DNA of 25,157 nt, taken from Rotaria sordida. Taxonomy: Eukaryota. The notes under the pieces are model-generated. The model did no database searches, was not told the origin of the DNA, and was given only the letters and a program-made list of their open reading frames with translations. The stretch is from assembly GCA_905252715.1 (NCBI GenBank), contig CAJNOU010000026.1:64594-89750 (forward strand). The letters run 5' to 3'. The position numbers were made by a program, and so were the translations under genes. Of this stretch, positions 1 through 9,619 are shown piece by piece (position 1 is the stretch's first letter; every line of letters starts with the position of its first letter).

Positions 1-164
1 TCGTTGCCTGTCCTTCCGCTGCCGGTTCTTTCGTGGAGGTCAGAGGTGAGCGGAGGCATGTGAATCGGTTCGTGGCATGCACAGCTTGGCAGACATGTGT
101 TAGTCGTTTGGTGCCACCCGTAGCTTGGCGCACCCGCACCAACATCCATATCCACACTCGACAG
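1..164. other. GC-rich non-coding block at the window edge; compositional discontinuity, possibly part of a repeat or transposable element that continues upstream
   Basis: By hand count the first 180 nt are about 55% G+C, whereas the rest of the window is strongly A+T-rich. The overlapping track ORFs (33-293, 125-367) translate to nothing I recognise. The block is cut by the window start, so its true extent is unknown. Confidence 0.4.
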
Positions 165-390
165 CGTTGTTTTGGAAATCTCATTGTGCATTGTCGTGCT
201 TTCATTTTTGTGTTTTCGGAAATCGGCTTTTCTTGGCGAGATTTTTTTGTATTAGGAAAGCGAAAGTGTATTTTTTGCGGAAATTCACTTTGAGTTTCCA
301 GAAATTCATCTGGCGCGGAAAGGCAATTTGTATTTCCGAAAATTCATTTGGTGCGGAAAGTCTATAGAGTTTCCTGGAAACTCATATCAG
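165..390. repeat. Degenerate tandem repeat with a period of about 38 bp, built on the motif tttccNgaaaWttcatNtggYgcggaaag
   Basis: The clearest units start at 295 (tttccagaaattcatctggcgcggaaaggcaatttgta), 333 (tttccgaaaattcatttggtgcggaaagtctatagag) and 370 (tttcctggaaactcat). More degenerate ggaaa-containing copies run upstream to about 165 (ttttggaaatctcatt, tttcggaaatcggc, ttaggaaagcgaaag, tttgcggaaattcac). Confidence 0.55.
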
Positions 391-1243
391 GCATCATATG
401 TTTTTGTTTATAGTGTACTCTGTGGTGCCCCAAAAGCTTATGATCTAGAGTCAGTATTTTTCATTTTATGAATGAATGGTTAGAGGTATCGTAAATCTGA
501 TTTCACCATTCGATAGAGTACATTGAATTCTACTTGGAACACAAATGAAAACATCTGAAACGCTTTCTGGGTGAATCAGGACTGAAATTACTTGAATTCA
601 ATGCTAGCTTCATCTTCATGCAAAATAAACACTAGAAATACCACATTGTACATATGAACTGAATTATGATCAATTAAAAAACCTATGAAGAATATGCTAA
701 TAAAGTAATCGAAAACATTCTAACATATTAACGATAATTTTTTGTTTAGATCAAACAATGATTTACTCTATTTTCTTACTTTTAAAAAATGATTAATGCG
801 TAATTGATTTAATTTTTCATGTAAAAATGTTTCTTGATAAAAGAATCAAATATCCTAATAGCCACTATGTTTCAAGTATAATTTTACATCCAAAGAAGAA
901 TTGTTAAACTATTATTATTTGAATTAAATTTATTTTATTATTGTGTCTAAATTTTCCACATTCGACAAAAAAGTTTTGAGGTCCATCTGTTTGAATAAAG
1001 CAACCAAAAAAAATTATACAAACGCATACAAAATTTTGTAAAGTCAAAAAAAAAAGGAAACCAAATAAACAAACAGAAGAGATTCTTCAAACTGATTATG
1101 CAGAAAAAAAAAGGAAACAGATCATATTGAATAATAAATGCACAATTGAGAATCGAAAAAAAAACCAAGAAGCTCGCCCTATATGCTGCTGCACAAACCA
1201 TTATCAATAAATGAGAATTATAAAAAACTTGTCAAAGATAAGT

Positions 1244-1976
1244 TCATGAACAACAATTAGATTTCACCGGTTTTGTTTTTTGTTCTCCATTAAGAAATAT
1301 ATCATGTGCACTATTTGATACACTCATTGCTGATTCTTTTGCTTTCATTGTTAATTCTTCAGCTATAGTTTGAAATAATTTTCCAACGTTCTCACTATTT
1401 TTAGCTGATGTTTCTAAATACCACATATCATTTTTTTCAGCAAATTGTTCGGCTACATGTGTTGGAACTTCACGTTGATTAATGTCACACTTGTTACCTA
1501 AACAAAACAGAAGTATTGATTTTTATTCAATAAATGAAAAACGAAAGTTAATTCGTACTAACCAACAAGTGTACATAAAACATCATTATTAGCGTAAGTT
1601 TTTACTTCACGAACCCAATCTGGAAGACTTGAAAATGTCGCAAGATTATTCATATCAAAAACAATAATTAATGCATTTGCTGATCGATAATATGATTGAG
1701 TTATTGAACGAAAACGTTCTTGTCCAGCTGTATCCCATATTTGAAGCTAAAATAAAAAAGAAAGTTATCAAAAAGAAAAACATAATTTTCGATATAAACT
1801 TTTATTCTTTCTCCATTAACTTCAACAGTTTTAATTAAAAAATCTACACCAATAGTTGCTGCTTGTCCAGCTGGAAAAACATCTTGACAAAATCGACGTA
1901 CAAGACATGTTTTTCCAACACTTGCATTACCAATAAGAACAACTTTAAATAAATATTTATAATCATCCATTAACAT
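1244..1976 (-). CDS. RAB30: RAB30-like small GTPase, complete, 3 exons, 204 aa
   Basis: Exons (minus strand): 1800-1976, 1563-1746, 1244-1497. The total is 615 nt, in frame, with GT/AG at both introns (53 and 65 nt). Translation: [90 protein letters not shown]...LVG|NKCDI...ETSAK...NCCS. It aligns closely along its length with my recollection of human RAB30 ([77 protein letters not shown]). All G-box motifs and a C-terminal CC prenylation motif are present. Confidence 0.9.
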
Positions 1977-2194
1977 GTTTGATATTATTATTATTTAAAT
2001 AAATCTAAAAAATACATTTGAAAATACTTATCGAAAGAAAAAAACAAAATCAATAGAAACTTCTTTCTTTGAACTGAATTTATCATTGAATAACAGAAGA
2101 AAAGAAAATACAAGTATAATTACAAAAAAAAAACAAATTCTTCAACACCTGAGATAGAAAATATAGCATTGAAAAAAAAATATTATCATGTCTT

Positions 2195-2200
2195 TTTATT
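2195..2200 (-). terminator. Candidate polyadenylation hexamer (AATAAA on the minus strand) for the WDR24-like gene
   Basis: The plus-strand sequence tttatt at 2195-2200 reads AATAAA on the minus strand, about 24 nt downstream of the WDR24-like stop codon (2224-2226). Such hexamers occur often by chance in A+T-rich DNA. Confidence 0.35.
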
Positions 2201-2223
2201 TTGAATCACTGTTGAAAGACAAA

Positions 2224-5200
2224 CTATGATTTCAAAGTAAAACGTTGGGATATACCGCGTGAAGGACGATGTTGAGCATCACGATCTTTACATCGGTGGC
2301 CACAACCGTATGGACATTCATGATGAGTATTAAACCAAGTTCGAATATGATCGATATGACCACCATGAAAACAAACACCACAAAATGAAAATATACCACG
2401 ACATGGGATTCGACTAAAAACATAAAAACTAACATGTAACATCATATTTTAAGTTTTTGAAGAAGGGCTACCGGGAAATTTTTTTTTTTTTTTGGGATTT
2501 ATTTCAATCATCGGATTTATCTATTGATAGTATATAATACATTTTAACTTTATCAAAAGTGAGCTCTAATTCTGAAGAGTCAGCTAGTTGCTCGTCCTAA
2601 ATATTATATTCATCGTCATCCTAAGTTAGGTATCTGCTTTCTATTTCCACTATTCTTTAGAAAATAAACATTATATAAATTAAAATTAATTTTAAATTTC
2701 CGAACATTCAAAAAAAAAATAGATTGATTCGATTGGCTAATATCTTTAATTGAAATTAAACTATACTTACCAAATTGAGCATAGAAAATCTTTTGGCATC
2801 GGTGGAAAATTTTTGCCAGTAGGAGTAATCGAAGAAGTACTACTACCACCACTTGGAAGACGTTTAAGTATTGGTGATTGTGCTGAGAGAATAATTGCGC
2901 CATCAAATTCACTTGGATCATAATTAAGTGGTATTTTTTCTTTTTCTATACAATGTTTTGTTACTTGTTTAGCTTTAACAAATAGACGTAATTTTTGTAA
3001 TAATTCTATAGAATAAAAATGAATAAATGAAAATTAATATGAATAATAAATACATACCAATATACATGCCAATCCATTGAAAATGAGCACCATTAAATAA
3101 TTCGAAAACTTTATTTTCACCAAGTATTGGATAAAGTGCAAGTAAAAGATGAACTGCTACTTGAATTTCATTCTATATATTCACAATAAAAATCTCTATT
3201 TTGAATTTTGTTTTGTTATATTTTTTTTTAAGGAAAAACTTACGTTTTCAATATAATATTGAATTGTTTTTCGAAGTACATCATCAAAAATTAATGGATG
3301 ATTTTGCATTGTTGGACAATAACTTTCATCAATTGTAAAAAATTTATCTGAACCATCAGGTAAAATAGATTGTGTAGATGTTTGCATATGACCATCAGGA
3401 CTAAAAAACAAAAATATAAAAATATAGAAATTTAATAAAAAACAAAAAAAATTTTCTTACCTATCATACTCATCTACAGGTTCAAATTGACTAACATCTA
3501 TCATCATTTCCGGATATTGACGAGATAATCGATCTAGTGGAAGACCATTTATATCACCATCACCATGTATTACTGATGGTGTTCCATTTAATACAGTAGG
3601 TATTCCATCACGCATTACATAAATATCAGGCTATTGTAAATGGATAAATATATATGTTAGGATGAGAATCGAGATTACATCCAATCTTGGATTCGAAAGG
3701 AAAATTTATGTTAAAAACTTGAGTTACTCTATAGATTAATGTTAGATCCGAATTCTTTACGATGAGCTTTGAGAAAGCAATGGTATTTCAGGTAATACAA
3801 TCATCAATGAACAAACTAAGTTAACAGTTGAGAATTTATGACCTCTTTTTCTTTGAAGCCGTTCTTATATATAAAACCATTCATAAATTCATGAATTCAA
3901 ACTTAATTGATCAACTGATGATTATATTATCTAAAATGCCGTTATATCATCAGAGCTCATCAAATAAGTGCCCGAATTCAGCGTCAATCTACAAACTAAT
4001 TCAAGTTTTAACGTAAATGTTTCACTTAATTCAACATTCAACGTGTTCAAGTTCAAATTCAAGATTAGACATAATCTCAGTTTGAATTCTAATCTATATA
4101 TATATTTTCTTTATAATGAATAACAAATATTTACCTCATTATCATATAACATATCATAACTAATATTATTATTCAATACATCTTCAGGTGTAATAAATAT
4201 AATATCATCTGTTAATACATCTCGTACAATATATGTATCAACATCATCGATCATATCTAGAAGAAAATAAAAGATTAGAAAATAAAGACAAAAAAAAAAA
4301 AAAAAAGAAAATTGTTCATTACCCATTTGTGAATTTGATGATATGATTTGTTCTTGTGATTTAGCAGTTTTTCTTCCATTTAATTCTTCATTTGTTTCAT
4401 TCTCTTGTTGTTGTACATCAGGATTTTTTGGTTTTCCACCTGTTTGTTGATAATGATGATGATGATGTCTATGACTATTTAATGGATCACTCATATGATA
4501 ATTTTTCGTTGTTGATTGTGTATTTCTTCTTGAACTTATTCGATAACTTTGTATACCATTATAATCGGCATAAATCATTTTAATAACTTGCCATGTTGCT
4601 TTTAAATCTTGTCTTTGTAATTGTTCAGCAACAATACTATTTACATCACAAATATGTGCTAATGCTTCAGATGATCTATCACCATTACCAAATATCCATC
4701 GTCGTGCAAACTGATGAAATAATTCAACTGAATTATCTACTGAAGAATTTGAATATATACCAACAATAGATTTTCCATGAATTGTTTCATTATATTTTAC
4801 AAATTTTGACATAATTTCTTCAGAAAAAAATCTTTTTAAACCCATAAAAGTTATTGGAATATGTCGTTCAGAATATAATGATTGGATGTATTCATTATTA
4901 ATATTTGGCATTGCAGCATAAACGTGTCCTTTTGATGTAACATTTAATGAAAATAAAGATACAGATTGATCAGTTCTTATTGCACTTGATATATGCGTAT
5001 GTACTAAACGTTCATCACGACCAACAGATACTAAATTATCCGAATTTGGACGCCATGTAAAATCACCAATACTGTCTAAAGCAAAATAAAATCATGATAA
5101 CAACATGTGTTAAAAATTTTCAAAAAAAAGTTTTGTTTGTAGATTTATCAATGATTTTATTTCATGATAATGTCATATTACATTCTGATTTTTTGTGAAA

Positions 5201-8025
5201 TTTCAAATTTTCTTTTTTTTTTCTTGTTCAGAATTTTAATCGTTTAACTTATTAACATATAGAATCAATTGAATATTGTTATCTATGATTAAAGAAGATT
5301 TGAAATAGTTAAACATGTATCGATATTATACGATAAAGTTTCTTTGTCATATGAGATCATATGCAGATCAAAAATATAACAAAATAAATTTTAGTTAACT
5401 TGATAAAAATACGCAATCATCAATTTGAATTGCATGACCAATTTATAGTAGTCGATAAAAGTCTCTTCCTACCAGATCTCAGCTACCATAGGTACTGAAG
5501 ATCTGAAAATTTGTATGCACATAATCCATCAAGAATGTAGATCAGAGTCATCAGCTTGCTCCAATTGCTTTAACACAACAGGAATTATGACGAACAGGAC
5601 TTGATTTTCCTTTGAATTTCAGACTTTGAAAAAAAAACGTTATATGCGTTAGTCGGTTCCTCATTATTTACGGCTATGCTTTAGCTATCTACGCTATAAA
5701 TTTTATCGGAGTCCATGAACCTTTGTTAGAATGATGGCCATTTTACTGTATTTATTCGAGGGGGTGAAAAACTTCCTGACGCCCATTTTATATTGTAACT
5801 CTGTAATATTTCAATGAATCGAGGTCAAACCTTCAGAAAAGCTTTGACTGTAGTTGAACATTATTATCTATAAGTGTCACAGAAAAATCTTCTTCGAAAG
5901 GAAAATAGCATGCCAATAATCGTCGTGTTTATGCCAAGAACTCAAAGACATCCAGAGACAGCAATCTTGCAGTAAATTACATGATCTTCTTTTGAGTAAC
6001 GAAAGACCATATACTGGACTTGAGTTATAACTAAAAATATCAAGATTCAATCATGTATTTAATAAAAACTAACGTAAGATTTAATAGACAGCATTTTTCG
6101 GTTAAAAAAGCCTGCAGTAACAATAGGATTCGTCCACAATAATCTTCATTGCATTTAAGCTATTGGGACGACTTCATGCCTCTGACCTACATTCTTGGTA
6201 GAGTATGTGCCTACAAATTTCCAGACCTCCTGCATGTATGGAGGCTGAGATTTGGTAACGAAAGGGAAAAATTTTTGTCTACTATTGTATTACATTCAAA
6301 AGTTAATACTAATATTGATTATTATAAAGCTAATGATTTGTAAGCTATCTATCGATGGTAATGAGCTAAATATACATCATTCTATACAATGAAGAAAACC
6401 AAATGAATGTTTCTATTCTTAGATATGTATTCCTATAGAGTAATTCTTAACTATAGCTATCTAAAAACCTAACTTTAATAAGATTTAACTAAAAATTCAA
6501 ACCTATAGATTAATAATTATTTAAAATAAGATATTGAAAATATCTTTTTCAATCATTGAAAATCTATTAAATAGAAAATAGAACAAGTGATGATGCTCTC
6601 TATTAAACTATCTACATATTTAAAAGCAAAGAAAACAAAATATGAAAAATTTTTTGAATACAATAAGAATATATCTTAATTTCATACTTTGATGATGACA
6701 AAACGATAATTGTGGTAAATAAGGACGTCTAATATCCCAAACATGAATACGTGGATCTACTGAAAGTGTTGAACATGCTATATGATAACGACATTTTGGA
6801 CGCCAACTAAGTTTAGCTACTGTGCCAAATGATTGCACTTTAAATAAAGGTTCTTGTCGATTATTACTATCTTGTGCATTCCAAATCTTTAATTTAAAAA
6901 AAAAAGAAAAGTTCGATTTACTTCATAAAAAATTTATAATAAAATCTTACTCTTATAGTTCGATCACGACCACCTGTAGCAAGCCAATAAGGTTCATCAT
7001 CATTCCATGCAAGACATAGTGTTCTATCTGCTGTTGTTAAAACCATAGCAGGAGATTCAATTCGTCGAATATCCCAAAGCTAATTTTTAAAAAAAAATCT
7101 TTTTTTCTTATAAATAACTAATACTTTCACATACTGGTACGATACATTGATCATTTAATGCAGCAGCAAATAAATTAGGATTAGCAGAATTAATATGTAT
7201 ATCACGAAAACCATCTTCACTAACATGACGAAATGATGCAACAACTTTATTTGTATTATATGTTCGAAAATCAATTAGCTAAAACAATATATATTGAATA
7301 TTAATTTTAAAAAAAATAATTAAATTATTTAGTTAAACCTTTGCATATCCATCTTGTGATGCTGTTAATAATAATTTTGGATCTAAATTAAACAAAAACA
7401 TTGACAATAAGCTGGGTTTTTTTTTCTCTTTTTTCTTATTGTTTGAAATCTTTACTTGTTGGATGAAATTGAAGACGATTAATAGTTGCATTATGAATTT
7501 TAAATTGAGTTATTATAGCTAATTGATTAGCATCCCAAATATTTAAAAGACCAACTGCACTAGCCGATGCAAAACAATGTTCTTTGAAAATAAATTATTT
7601 ATTATTTAAAAAAAAAAATTTTTTTTTGAAAAACAAAATTTACCATCAATTGGATTCCATGCAATATCTGTTGGTTGTAATGTAGCACGTGCTTGTTTTG
7701 GTGCAGTACGAAAATCAAATAATTCAGTAAATCGTTCTGTTTTATCATGTTGTTCAATAGCAAGTAATTGAAAGCCTATTTAATTAAATACAAAGAAAAA
7801 TCAATAATAACAATGAATATTTTTATTTTTGAATTTCTTATACTTTGTTGTCCAGCTGCAATTAATCGATTCCCTTCATAATTAACACAAAGTACAGTTG
7901 TACCAGCCCGTACATGCCATGAAAATGTTGATTGTGATAACTGATTAGAAAATTCTTAAGATAAAATAAAATAAATATTTATTATCAATAGTAAAATATT
8001 TACTTTTTAATTTTGTTTCATCCAT
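2224..8025 (-). CDS. WDR24: WDR24 (GATOR2 subunit)-like protein with an N-terminal WD40 propeller and a C-terminal RING-like zinc finger, complete, 15 exons, 882 aa
   Basis: Exons (minus strand): 8004-8025, 7844-7954, 7644-7775, 7456-7581, 7339-7382, 7135-7278, 6951-7079, 6688-6886, 4323-5075, 4135-4256, 3461-3630, 3244-3400, 3058-3172, 2771-3005, 2224-2413. The sum is 2649 nt, in frame, and all junctions are GT/AG. Diagnostic matches to my recollection of human WDR24: LSWRPKCRYHIACSTLSVDPRIHVWDIRRPYLPQLSF versus [37 protein letters not shown], and the C-terminus CRGIFSFCGVCFHGGHIDHIRTWF..ECPYGCGHRC versus [33 protein letters not shown]. The first exon and its 49-nt intron (acceptor at 7955/7956) are the least certain part of the model. 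Confidence 0.85.
3661..4094. mobile_element. Non-autonomous TIR element (MITE-like, about 434 bp) inside WDR24-like intron 10
   Basis: The left arm (3661-3755) resembles the reverse complement of the right arm (3974-4094). Shared blocks are gagattaYRtcYaatcttgRatt, ttaaaacttgaRtta, tagatt and gaattc, with indels between them. Intron 10 (3631-4134) is 504 nt; subtracting the 434-nt element leaves 70 nt, which is the typical intron size here. Confidence 0.6.
5445..6285. mobile_element. Non-autonomous TIR element (about 840 bp, TIRs of about 130 bp) inside WDR24-like intron 8
   Basis: Region 5445-5578 aligns with the reverse complement of 6151-6285. Shared blocks include atagtag, taccaRatctcagc, aaatttgtaKgcacata and ccaagaatgtagRtcagag. 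By eye, roughly three quarters of positions match. The interior is higher in G+C than the flanking intron and shows no recognisable transposase ORF. Confidence 0.65.
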
Positions 8026-8120
8026 TCATAGATAATTGTTTTTTTGTTTCTAATAAGAAAAAAAATTAAAAGAAGACAATATAATAAAAAACAAACAAAT
8101 CATCAATAAATTATATTTAA

Positions 8121-8126
8121 TTTATT
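8121..8126 (-). terminator. Candidate polyadenylation hexamer (AATAAA on the minus strand) for the SLC25A15-like gene
   Basis: The plus-strand sequence tttatt at 8121-8126 reads AATAAA on the minus strand, 114 nt downstream of the stop codon at 8240-8242. It lies about 70 nt upstream of the polypyrimidine-AG (8050/8051) that precedes the WDR24-like ATG. Confidence 0.3.
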
Positions 8127-8239
8127 TGTCAATAACAAAAAAAAAACAAAACTTAACAAATTAAAAAAAAATAATCACAAAAAAATATCACAAAATATTT
8201 CATTTAAAAGTAAATCTGGAAATAATTAACCTGCAAAAT

Positions 8240-9425
8240 TTAAAATGCACGACGTAGAAATGATTGCACTTGTTCATAAGTCATAAATAAAGCACCGGTA
8301 GCAAAAAAACTACGAATAAGTGTTGGTAATAGACCAGTATACAATGTTGTAAAACCTAATTGAATAAGAAAACTCGTATTAATACATAAATACTAAACAG
8401 TATGTTCTTTTTAACCTTCATGTCTAATCAATTTAATGGTATATTTCATAATATTCATATTTGGTTTCAATACTTGTATACGTGATTTTATTGCATCAAT
8501 AGGAAACATAAATATCCAAAAACAAATACCAGCCATACCACCCGAAATCCATGTTTTAACAAATCCTATTTATTAAAATAAATATTTATCAATATTCAAT
8601 TATTTTTACCAATATCTGTTTTCTTTTCATTTTCTTTTGTTAATAAAGATCTTGTTAACTCATATCCACCAAAAAAAAATCCATAACCCGGACACTCTCT
8701 AGCTAACGTTGCTGTTAAACCACGATATAATCCTCGTATACCTTCAGTACGTATAATATTTCGTGTTATATCTATTGGTGAACTAAAAATATTCTCACGT
8801 GTTTACCTAAAGAATGCAAAAGAAAAATAAATAACAAAAACATTTATTTACATTGTTTTACGCATTTGATTTTCTTTGGGTAACTGCATGTCATTCATTG
8901 TTTGTATTCGACATTTAACTAATTCAGTTGGGCATAAAGCTAATGATGCAAATATTGCTGCTAAACTTCCAGCTGCCATATTTTCTAATGGTGTTAATTG
9001 TTCATGATGATTTTTATTATTTAATAAACAAATCAAACTTTGACATCGTCCATATGCCATAAATAAAACTCCATTTTCTTCAAAAAATTTTTAATCTGTT
9101 TATATTTAATTAAAAGATTTTCAATAAGTACCTGCAACATTTGCAAGTAATGCTGGTACTGTTCCCGCATAGAAACCATGGATACCATCTTTATAGAAAA
9201 TTTTTTGAACACAATCGAAAAAATTTTTATAATGATTTGGAAATATTTGAAGTTTAGTTTTGATTGTATCTAATGGTTGACCAACATAAACTGAAACTAT
9301 TGCACCTAAAAATTTATAAATTAAATTTAAACATAGACAAAAAAAAAAGAACAAAAAAACAAAATAAGATTGAATATTTTACCAGCTATACCACTTAGAA
9401 GATCATGTATAGCAGCTGAATTCAT
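8240..9425 (-). CDS. SLC25A15: Mitochondrial carrier family protein, ornithine transporter (SLC25A15/ORNT1)-like, complete, 6 exons, 293 aa
   Basis: Exons (minus strand): 9383-9425, 9132-9305, 8852-9077, 8610-8782, 8416-8565, 8240-8355. The sum is 882 nt, in frame, with GT/AG at all 5 introns (44-77 nt). Translation: MNSAAIHDLLSGIAGGAIVSVYVGQPLDTIKTKLQ...AENGVLFMAYG...LCPTELVKCRIQTM...GLYRGLTATLARECPGYGFFFGGYE...FPIDAIKSRIQVL...LPTLIRSFFATGALFMTYE. Three Px[DE]xx[KR] carrier repeats are present. There are close matches to my recollection of human ORNT1 (AENSVLFMCYG, LCPTELVKCRLQTM, PGYFFFFGGYE, PVDCIKSRIQVL). Confidence 0.85.
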
Positions 9426-9619
9426 ATTTGACAAACAATTAGATTGCGCTAATAAATAGTTGATCAAACAAAAATTTTTATTGGTAAAAAAATAAAAACC
9501 AATGAAAAACATCTGTTTATTGTTTCTCTCTTCTTCATTCCTCCTTGAATTATTATACATTCTTTTCCTTGCTTGAGATTACTTTTTATTATTTTTTGAC
9601 ATTCACCAAAAAAAAAAAA
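9426..9619. promoter_or_regulatory. 194-bp divergent intergenic spacer between the start codons of the SLC25A15-like (minus) and ZDHHC-like (plus) genes; presumed bidirectional promoter
   Basis: The two ATGs lie head to head at 9425 (minus) and 9620 (plus). A run of 13 A residues (9608-9620) abuts the ZDHHC ATG. I recognise no specific core-promoter motif, so the promoter call rests on geometry alone. Confidence 0.5.

Noticed and set aside
295-386. TTCCTGGAA and TTCCAGAAA sequences, considered as STAT/GAS transcription-factor binding sites.
   Set aside because: A short palindrome embedded in a tandem repeat is not evidence of factor binding. The observation is kept only as a descriptive feature of the repeat.
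947-1207. An 86-aa minus-strand ORF downstream of the RAB30-like gene.
   Set aside because: Its translation is low-complexity and rich in F, I and K, as expected from A/T homopolymer runs. It has no recognisable motif and probably lies in the RAB30-like 3' UTR or intergenic DNA.
2616-2921. A 101-aa minus-strand ORF overlapping the WDR24-like region.
   Set aside because: It is in a different frame from exon 14 (2771-3005) and reads on into intron 14. The alternative frame gives 77 stop-free codons that join exons 13 and 15 in the correct phase and align with the WDR24 C-terminal region.
4392-4583. A plus-strand 63-aa ORF (..DNDDDDVYDY..) and the His run HRHHHHHY (4450-4473, minus strand) in WDR24-like exon 9, considered as a possible metal-binding module.
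   Set aside because: The plus-strand ORF is simply the antisense of the exon. The His run lies in a low-complexity, lineage-variable linker between the propeller and the C-terminal region, and nothing supports a specific function.
6149-6343. ORFs inside the intronic repeat elements (6149-6343, 16071-16256, 19066-19254, and also 3828-4016 and 18494-18772), considered as possible transposase or nested genes.
   Set aside because: They are short (60-92 aa), show no DDE/DDD or other motif I recognise, and several lie within the inverted arms themselves. The elements look non-autonomous.
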